Assembly (NCBI GenBank): GCA_038250865.1
Contig: JBBSBW010000010.1
Location: forward strand, 77,256-141,255
DNA: 64,000 bases
DNA from: Thermoanaerobaculia bacterium
Lineage (GTDB): Bacteria > Acidobacteriota > Thermoanaerobaculia > Multivoradales > UBA5704
Direction of reading: 5' to 3'
The notes below the pieces were generated by a model that had not been told where the DNA came from, made no database searches, and saw only the letters and a list, made by a program, of their open reading frames with translations. This document shows positions 57,145 through 64,000 of the stretch, in pieces (positions within the stretch are counted from its first letter, which is position 1; each line of letters opens with the position of its first letter). Made by a program: the position numbers and the translations under genes.

Positions 57145-58881
57145 CTACAGCTTGCCAACCTCCCCCACGAGCCGCCTGAGCACCCCGTCGATCTGCGCCA
57201 GCTCCTCGCGCGTGTCCGCCAGGTGCGCGCGCTCCGACCGAACGAAGCGGGAGTACGGACCCACGCCTTCGTCGATCCGGTGCAGGCTGCGTTCGATCTC
57301 GCGGTCGAACTGTCCGGTCAGGGCGGACATCAATTTCTCTCGCAGGGTCTCGATGTTCGCGCGCAGCTCGCGCTTGGCTTTTTCGCGGCGGCTGGGGAGG
57401 ATGAAGAAGCCGAGGGCCGCGACCGTTCCCGCCGCCAGGATGCCGGTGAAATCGGCGGCGGCGGTCGCCGCGAGATGGACCAGCAGAGCGCCTAGGCCGA
57501 GGGCGCCCACTTCGACCAGGGCGGTGTTGGCGACCGCGCCCTTGACCGATTCGGCCATCCGCTCGGCTTCCGCGGCGTGATCGAAACTTTCGACCGAGCG
57601 TTGCGCGGCGCGACCGACGCTTTCGAGTAGGCGGTTGCGGTCGACGTCGAACTGCCTGAGCCCCGCATCGCCGACGATCTTGTCGGCGTGGGCCACCTTC
57701 CGCTTCGCCAGATGCTCCAAGATCGCCTGCCACTGGCGCAGGTCGGACGAGACCATCCAGTCGATCACCTCGTGAACCCTGCGGTCGATCGCCTGCGGCA
57801 CGTCGGCTACCACTTCGCGAACGAAATCGTTGCGGGTTTTCTCCTTGTTCAACAGGTCGAAAACTTTTCCCAAGCGGAGCCGCTCGTCGAAGAAGGCGGT
57901 GCCCCGATTCTCTAGCTCATGGAGGACGGTGTCGACGTCCGCCAGGCGAAAGCGGAACTCGCGCCCCATGTCTTCTTTGTAGAGCGCGAGCTGCCGTTCG
58001 AGCGTGTCCAGGGTTGCGACGTCGTCGGCGAGCAGAGCGGTCCGCGCATCGGCCACGGCGAGGTATTTTTCGACCAGGTGCGCGGCCACCCCTAAAGGAT
58101 TTCCGAGCTTCAGGCGAATGCGTTCTTTTTCGTCAAGCGTTTCGACCAGATATTTTTCGAGCGCGGGGAAACGGCTGGTGGAAAGCAGCGTCTCGTCGTT
58201 TGATTCCTTGGCGCGCAGCGCCTGCCGCCCGGAGAGCGGGAACAGCTCGGGGGCGAAACCGAGCAAAGTCCGCGCGCTGTCGGAGACGAAGGCGAGCACC
58301 TTGGCCAAATCCTCGGGCTTTTCGAGCAGGTCGATCTTGTTGAGCACCAGGACGATCTTCTTGCCCCAGTCGCGGATCGCTTCTAAAAACGCGCGCTCGC
58401 TCTCGGTGAACGGTCGATCGGCCGAGGTGATGAACAGCACCAGGTCCGAGCGCGGTACGAAATCGCGGGTGATCGCCTCGTGCTCGCGGTGGATCGCATT
58501 GGTGCCCGGCGTGTCGACGATCGAGATCTCGCGCAGCAGCTCGACCGGGGCAGCGACCGTGTCGCTCAGCCCATCGACCTCGGTGCGCGAAATCTCCGGC
58601 CCGTACTGGATGAGGTGAATGCGCGTGGTGGTGGGGGTCGGTCCTTCTTCCAGGATGCGGCCGCCGAGCAGAGCGTTGATGAAGGCGGATTTGCCCGCGT
58701 TGAACTCGCCCGCGACGACCAGCAAAAACAGCTCGTCGAGCTGGCGGGCGGAGGCGGCGAGGGTCTTGGCGTCGTCTGCCCCGGCGTCGAACTTGGCGAG
58801 CGCCGCCTCAAGCCGCGCGAGGGCGGTGCGCTCTTCGACCCGAATCTGATCGGCCGATTTCGAAAGGATGCGCCGGAGCAT
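57145..58881 (-). CDS. bacterial dynamin-like GTPase
   Basis: GEFNAGKS, PTT, DTPG and NKID GTPase motifs; helical stalk; C-terminal hydrophobic paddle. Confidence 0.92.
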   Translation of the reverse strand: MLRRILSKSADQIRVEERTALARLEAALAKFDAGADDAKTLAASARQLDELFLLVVAGEFNAGKSAFINALLGGRILEEGPTPTTTRIHLIQYGPEISRTEVDGLSDTVAAPVELLREISIVDTPGTNAIHREHEAITRDFVPRSDLVLFITSADRPFTESERAFLEAIRDWGKKIVLVLNKIDLLEKPEDLAKVLAFVSDSARTLLGFAPELFPLSGRQALRAKESNDETLLSTSRFPALEKYLVETLDEKERIRLKLGNPLGVAAHLVEKYLAVADARTALLADDVATLDTLERQLALYKEDMGREFRFRLADVDTVLHELENRGTAFFDERLRLGKVFDLLNKEKTRNDFVREVVADVPQAIDRRVHEVIDWMVSSDLRQWQAILEHLAKRKVAHADKIVGDAGLRQFDVDRNRLLESVGRAAQRSVESFDHAAEAERMAESVKGAVANTALVEVGALGLGALLVHLAATAAADFTGILAAGTVAALGFFILPSRREKAKRELRANIETLREKLMSALTGQFDREIERSLHRIDEGVGPYSRFVRSERAHLADTREELAQIDGVLRRLVGEVGKL

Positions 58882-58903
58882 GGAAAAACCATAGCACGCC
58901 GTC

Positions 58904-59911
58904 TTAGAGCGCCGACGTCCCCGGCGGCACCAGCGCGTCGATCGCCGCCGCGTCTTCCGCCGTGATCTGGATATCGGGGACCGAGAGGCTGTCCTCCAGC
59001 TGTTCCATCGTGCGCGGGCCGACGATGATCGAGGTGACGGCCGGGTTGCGGAGCGCCCAAGCGTTCGCCAGCCGCGCGAGTGAAATTCCTTTCGCTTCGG
59101 CGAGCGGCAAGAGCTTTTCTACGATCTCCAGCCGGCGGTCGAACTTCGGGTTTTCGATGTCGCCCACCCAGTTGGCCGCGCGCGCCGAGTCCGCCGGGTT
59201 CGCCTGGCCGCGGCGGTACTTGCCCGTGAGCCAGCCCCCTTCGAGCGGGCTCCAAACGATGTTGCCCAGGCCGTGCTTCTGGGTCATCGGGAAGTGATCG
59301 AACTCCATCGTCCGGCGCAGGATGCTGTACGGCGGTTGAAGGCAGACGAAACGTTCGAAGCCCTTCTTTTCGGAGAGCCAGAGCGAATCGACGATTTCCC
59401 AGGCGGCAAAGCGCTTCTCCCACGGTCCCGGCCCTTCGTAATGGTTGGTCGAGCAGCCGAGGTAGCGAACCTTTCCCTGGCGTACCAGATCGGTGAGCGT
59501 CCCTAGCGTCTCTTCGAGCGGCGTCGTCGGATCGGGCCGGTGGGTCTGGTAAAGGTCGATCGCCTCCACCTTCAGGCGCCGGAGGCTCGCTTCCACCTGC
59601 TGCTGGATCGCCTTTCTCGACAGTCCGCGGTCGTAGACCCCCGGTCCCATCGGCGACCAGACTTTCGTCGCCAGCACGATCTCGTCGCGCTGCGCTTTGC
59701 GTTGCGCCAAAGCTTCGCCGACGATCTCCTCGGATTCGCCCGCCGAGTAGTTGTTCGACGTGTCGATGAAATTGATCCCGGCGTCGAGCGCGCGGTGAAT
59801 GATCCGGATGCACTCTTGCCGATCCGTATTACCCCAGGCGCCGAACATCATGGCGCCCAGACAGAGCGGCGAGACCTTCAAGCCGGTACGGCCGAGGCTG
59901 CGGGTTTCCAT
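58904..59911 (-). CDS. aldo/keto reductase
   Basis: LGRTGLKVSPLCLGAM, GINFIDTSNNY, LATK, IDLYQTH, WSPL. Confidence 0.95.
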   Translation of the reverse strand: METRSLGRTGLKVSPLCLGAMMFGAWGNTDRQECIRIIHRALDAGINFIDTSNNYSAGESEEIVGEALAQRKAQRDEIVLATKVWSPMGPGVYDRGLSRKAIQQQVEASLRRLKVEAIDLYQTHRPDPTTPLEETLGTLTDLVRQGKVRYLGCSTNHYEGPGPWEKRFAAWEIVDSLWLSEKKGFERFVCLQPPYSILRRTMEFDHFPMTQKHGLGNIVWSPLEGGWLTGKYRRGQANPADSARAANWVGDIENPKFDRRLEIVEKLLPLAEAKGISLARLANAWALRNPAVTSIIVGPRTMEQLEDSLSVPDIQITAEDAAAIDALVPPGTSAL

Positions 59912-59971
59912 GTCGATTCTCCTGCGTGGTTTCTTGTGCGTTGAGCCTGCCGGCGGTCCTGCTCGGCCAGG

Positions 59972-61324
59972 CTACCCTTGCGACACCACTTCGACCGGCC
60001 CGAGAGCGGCGAGCTGGGGTGCGACCTGCTCGGCGGGGCCGACCGCGATGATCGCGAGCTGCTCGGGGCGGATGTGCCGGTGGGCTAGCTCGAGCAGCTC
60101 GGCGCGATCGATCGAGGCGATCCGTTCGAGGTAGCGGTCGTAATAATCGTCGGGAAGATCGTAGATCGACAGCACTTCGAGCCTTTTCGCCACGTCGCCG
60201 AGAGTCTGGGACGAGTACGGGAAGACCCCCATGATGTAGCGCCGGGTCTCTTCCATCTCCTCTTCGGACACCTGTTCGGTGCGGATGCGCTCCAGCTCGA
60301 ACAGCACCTCGCGCACCGCGGCGCCGGTCGATTCGGTGGCGACGGCGGTCGAGACCGCGAACGGCCCCGGACCCAGGCGCCCGCCGAGCCGGGTGGTGGC
60401 GCCATAGGTGAAGCCGTGGCGCTCGCGCAGGTTCAAGTTGATCCGGCTGGTGAACTTGCCGCCGAGCAGCGTGTTGAGCAGCAGGAGCGGCACGTAGTCC
60501 GGATGGCGCCGGCCGACCGCGGCGTGGCCGAGCCGAAGCTCGGTCTGGGCGGCGTCGGGCCGGTCGATCAGGTGGATCGTGGTGCCTGTCCGGCAGATGG
60601 GCACGATCTCCGCGGCGGGCGGCGCAGGCGCGGTGGGGGTCAGCCCCAGCTTCTCTTCGATCTCCGCGGCGATCGCTTCCGGGTCGAGGTCGCCGACCGC
60701 GATCAGGGCCGCCGAACCGAGCGGGTAGTGGCGGGAGAAGAAATCGAGCGCCTCGTCGCGGCCGATCCGGGAGACGCTCTCGATCGTGCCGAGCGACGAT
60801 TCGGCATAGGGCGTGCCGAGATAGAGCACCCGGGCGAGCAGCTCGTCGGCGAGAGTGCTGGGCTCGAAGCGGCGGCGTTCGAGCTCGGTCGTGCGGAGTT
60901 TCTTGATGCGCTCGATCTCGCGTTCGGGAAAGGTCGGCGCGGTCGCCACCTCGGTCAACAGGTCGAACGCGGGTTTGAGCTCGCTCGCGAGCAGGCCGAC
61001 CTCGACTGCGCCGTAGTCCCACTCGGCGTAGCTGGCGAGATAACCGCCGAGATCCTCGGCGCGGCGGGCGATTTCGAGCGACGAACTGCCCGCCGTCCCT
61101 TCGTCGATCAACGAGGCGGAGAGCGTTGCCAAGCCGGGCAGCCCGGCGGGATCCCAATGCCCCCCGGCGGGAAAGACCAGCTCCAGCGTCGCGAGCGGCA
61201 CCCTGGGGACCCGTGCGGCGTAGATCCGCAGACCGTTTTTGCACCGCCGGTTGAGGAAGGCGGGGAAGCGGAACCCGCGCGCCGCGGTGGGCGGCGGCGC
61301 GTCGTCGCGGCGGATCGGGCTCAT
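59972..61324 (-). CDS. M16B peptidase, non-catalytic subunit
   Basis: Pitrilysin fold without HxxEH; LGGKFTSRINLNLRERHGFTYG; ATG overlaps the upstream TGA. Confidence 0.9.
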   Translation of the reverse strand: MSPIRRDDAPPPTAARGFRFPAFLNRRCKNGLRIYAARVPRVPLATLELVFPAGGHWDPAGLPGLATLSASLIDEGTAGSSSLEIARRAEDLGGYLASYAEWDYGAVEVGLLASELKPAFDLLTEVATAPTFPEREIERIKKLRTTELERRRFEPSTLADELLARVLYLGTPYAESSLGTIESVSRIGRDEALDFFSRHYPLGSAALIAVGDLDPEAIAAEIEEKLGLTPTAPAPPAAEIVPICRTGTTIHLIDRPDAAQTELRLGHAAVGRRHPDYVPLLLLNTLLGGKFTSRINLNLRERHGFTYGATTRLGGRLGPGPFAVSTAVATESTGAAVREVLFELERIRTEQVSEEEMEETRRYIMGVFPYSSQTLGDVAKRLEVLSIYDLPDDYYDRYLERIASIDRAELLELAHRHIRPEQLAIIAVGPAEQVAPQLAALGPVEVVSQG

Positions 61325-62613
61325 GCGGCGTCCTTCGGAACGATCCACAGGCTCGCGCGATCCACCGGCCGGCACCAGGTCGCGACGAAGCGGGAGATCT
61401 CCTCGGCCGAGATGGTGCTGTAGGCCTCGGACTCGCGGGCGACGCCGCCGGGATCGCCGAAATACGTTGTTAAGCGGGCCAGCAGGTCGGCTCGCATGTC
61501 GAGCCGCTGCAGGTTGCCGAAATAATCGGTGAGTGCCCGTTTGCGCGCTCGTTCGAGCGCCTGGGCGTCGACCTGGCCGGCGGCGATCTACTCCAGATGT
61601 CCGCCGAGCCGCGCTTCGATCTCCTCCGCAGCGACCCCCGGCCGCGCGGTCGCGACGAGAGTGAACGTTCCGGCGGCCTCGCCGAGGTGGACCCAGGCGC
61701 CGGCCTCCTGGGCGATCTGGCGGTCGTAGATCAGGTCGCTGTAGAGCAGGCTCGATTTGCCGCCGGTCAGAAGCGACGACAGAAGATCCGCGACGTACCA
61801 TTCGCGGCTGCCGTAAGGCGGGGTGGCGTAGGCGAGGTAGATCCGCGGCATCAGGACGGCGTCGGCGAACACGTCGCGCCGTTCCACTTCGGGGCGCTCC
61901 AGACGGCCGTTTGGATAGTTTGGCAGGACCACCGGCGGGATCGCCTCGCCGCGCGGGATCTCGCCGAACCAGGCTTCGGCCCGCTCCAACGCCTCGGCCG
62001 GCTCGAAATCGCCCGCGATCGTGAGCACCGCGTTGTTCGGCGCGTAGTAGGTGCGGAAAAAAGCGCGCACCTCGTCGATCGTCGCCCCGAGGATGTCTTC
62101 GAGCGTGCCGATCACCGGCCAGTGGTAGGGGTGGCCCTCCGGGTAGAGCAGGGCGTAGAGCCGCTCGCTCGCCTGGCCGTACGGCTGATTCTCGACCCGC
62201 TGGCGCCGTTCGTTGACCACCACGTCGCGCTGGGTGTCGAGGTTCTCTTGGGTTAGCGCCGGGAGCAGGAATCCCATCCGGTCGGATTCGAGCCACAGGC
62301 CGAGGTCGAGGTGGGCCGACGGCAGCGTCTCGTAGTAGTTCGTCCGGTCGTGCGAGGTCGAGCCGTTGGCCACTCCGCCGACCTGCTGAACGAACCGGAA
62401 ATGGCCGTTGGTCGGCACGTGGGCGCTGCCTTGGAACAGCATGTGCTCGAACATGTGGGCCAGGCCGGTGCTCCCCGGCTGCTCGTTTTTGGAGCCCACG
62501 TGGTACCAGAGGTTGACCGTCACCAGCGGCAGCGACCGGTCGGAATGGAGCACGACCCGAAGGCCGTTGGGTAAGGCGTGGCTTTCGAAGCTAAGCTCGG
62601 GCGTGGCGGTCAT
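61321..62613 (-). pseudogene. M16B peptidase catalytic subunit with one in-frame TAG (61588-61590)
   Basis: GLAHMFEHMLF HxxEH; frame continues past TAG with M16-like C-terminus to TGA at 61321-61323. Confidence 0.85.
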
Positions 62614-62783
62614 GGTATGGGTTTCGGAGCGAACGGCGGATCGGCCGCGATGCGGGCGCCCTGGATTCGAGGTAGACGTCTCGGAGTGTAGGAGCGGCGT
62701 CGCGGAGGTGTCAAGGAAGGTGCAAAGGACGCTATACACCCGCACTCTTGCGCCTTCCGCCTCGTTTGCGCTAGCCTTCTGCT

Positions 62784-63425
62784 ATGACTACGAGCCCGGC
62801 GTACCTCACCGAGAACCAGAAGAAGATCCTCGACTTCCTCCAGGAATTCCAAGGCAAGCACGGGATCTCGCCGACCCATCGCGAGATCTGCGAGCGTTTC
62901 GGTTACCGCTCGTACGGTACCGTGTACAAGCATCTGAAGCTGTTGCAGCAGAAAGGCTTCCTGCATCGCGACTGGAACCAGAAGCGGGGCATCGAGCTGA
63001 TCCGGGCGATCCCCGGAACGGATTTCGGCCAGCCCGAGCCGATGGTCGCGTTCTTCGGCAACATCGCCGCCGGTCGGCCGCTCGAAGCGGTGGAAGACGA
63101 GCGCAAGAGCGAGAAGATGGGGGTGCCGACCTTCCTGGTCAACGCCCGGCCGAACGACCATTACGTGCTGCGGGTGGTCGGCGAGTCGATGATCGAAGAG
63201 GGAATCCACGACGGCGACTTCGTCGTCGTCCAGCGGCGCGAGCTTGCCGAGCCGGGGGAGATGGTGGTCGCCCTGATTCACGACGAGGCGACACTCAAGC
63301 GCTTCTACCCGGAAGGCGAAATGGTCCGCCTGCAGCCGGCCCACCCGACCATGGCGCCGATCCGGGTCCCGGCCGCGGACGTCAGAGTGCGCGGCATCGT
63401 GGTCGGCCTGATGCGGCGGTTCTAG
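62784..63425 (+). CDS. lexA: SOS transcriptional repressor LexA
   Basis: PTHREI wHTH; IAAG cleavage site; GESM Ser; TLKR Lys. Confidence 0.96.
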   Translation: MTTSPAYLTENQKKILDFLQEFQGKHGISPTHREICERFGYRSYGTVYKHLKLLQQKGFLHRDWNQKRGIELIRAIPGTDFGQPEPMVAFFGNIAAGRPLEAVEDERKSEKMGVPTFLVNARPNDHYVLRVVGESMIEEGIHDGDFVVVQRRELAEPGEMVVALIHDEATLKRFYPEGEMVRLQPAHPTMAPIRVPAADVRVRGIVVGLMRRF

Positions 63426-63451
63426 AAAGGCCTTCCTTTTTGGGGAACGTT

Positions 63452-63509
63452 CCTGGGTGCGCGGGCCTCCGGCCCGCCCTTTTGCGGGCGAGACGCCCGC
63501 GCACCCAGG
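63452..63509. repeat. REP-like palindromic element
   Basis: 15-bp inverted arms CCTGGGTGCGCGGGC / GCCCGCGCACCCAGG with internal GCCCGC/GCGGGC hairpin. Confidence 0.65.
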
Positions 63510-63527
63510 CAAGAGGGCTATACGGCG

Positions 63528-64000
63528 ATGGAAAAGGCTTCGTTCTCGATCTTTCCCAGCGCGCTCGGCTGGGTGCTCGCGGTGGCGCGGAATGGCGAGC
63601 TGATCTGCCTCGAAAACCGGGTCTCGCGAGACGACTGCGAAAACGCCCGGGCGCGGCGTTGGGCCGACGCGACGGACGATCCGGAGGCACCGCCGCTGCC
63701 GGAAACCAAGAAACAGCTCGACGAGTACCTGATGGGCCAAAGGCGCGAATTCGACCTGCCGCTCGGCGTGCTCTCCCCGGGCACCGGCGGCACCGACTTC
63801 CAGCGCTCGGTCTGGGCCGAGCTGCTCCGCATCCCCTTTGGAGCCACCACCACCTACGGCGAGATCGCCCGCACCCTGGGGGTTCCCGGCGGAGCGCGAG
63901 CGGTGGGCATGGCGAACCACGACAACCCGATCGGGGTCGTGATCCCCTGCCACCGGGTGATCGGTGCGAACGGAGCACTCACCGGCTACGCGGGGGGCCT
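63528..64000 (+). CDS. ogt: methylated-DNA-[protein]-cysteine S-methyltransferase (3' end outside window)
   Basis: GTDFQRSVW..L..IPFG.T.TYGEIA, ARAVG.AN..NP, IPCHRVIG. Confidence 0.93.
   Translation, partial: MEKASFSIFPSALGWVLAVARNGELICLENRVSRDDCENARARRWADATDDPEAPPLPETKKQLDEYLMGQRREFDLPLGVLSPGTGGTDFQRSVWAELLRIPFGATTTYGEIARTLGVPGGARAVGMANHDNPIGVVIPCHRVIGANGALTGYAGG

Noticed and set aside
61588-61590. Genome-wide TAG reassignment
   Set aside because: Many genes in the window end at TAG at their expected C-termini
59972-62296. 774-aa ORF as a single fused M16 protein
   Set aside because: Its N-terminal 324 aa are an alternative frame of the upstream peptidase gene; the real start is the ATG at 61324
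62620-62783. LexA box upstream of lexA
   Set aside because: No convincing CTGT-N8-ACAG, GAAC-N4-GTTC or GTTC-N7-GTTC match seen

Overview
GC-rich bacterial chromosomal window. The gene content suggests Acidobacteriota/Thermoanaerobaculia, but this is inference only. The centrepiece is a 23-kb, 18-gene, single-strand contractile phage-tail-like operon (14573-37596). It encodes sheath, tube, chaperone, gpD hub, gpV spike, PAAR-like tip, gp25, baseplate J and wedge/fibre-like proteins. It has no capsid, terminase, lysis, T6SS membrane complex or AAA ATPase gene, so it looks like a divergent eCIS/tailocin-like machine. It also carries two paralogous Mu-gpN-like tube-initiator proteins (one fused to OmpA + peptidoglycan-binding domains) and a candidate HExxH metalloprotease effector/immunity pair, and it is followed by an array of 13-bp palindromes. 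Upstream is a NarL response regulator plus an unusual PAS-histidine kinase-Ser/Thr pseudokinase-TM-TPR fusion, divergent from three secreted-protein genes. Elsewhere there are a TIR-CHAT-STAND-TPR NLR-like protein, two orphan RiPP-like precursors with a shared leader, two secreted Cys-rich miniproteins, a nonaheme cytochrome, many decayed toxin-antitoxin remnants, an M16 peptidase with an in-frame TAG, and housekeeping genes (ampG, dynamin-like GTPase, lexA, ogt). No rRNA, tRNA or CRISPR array was recognised.
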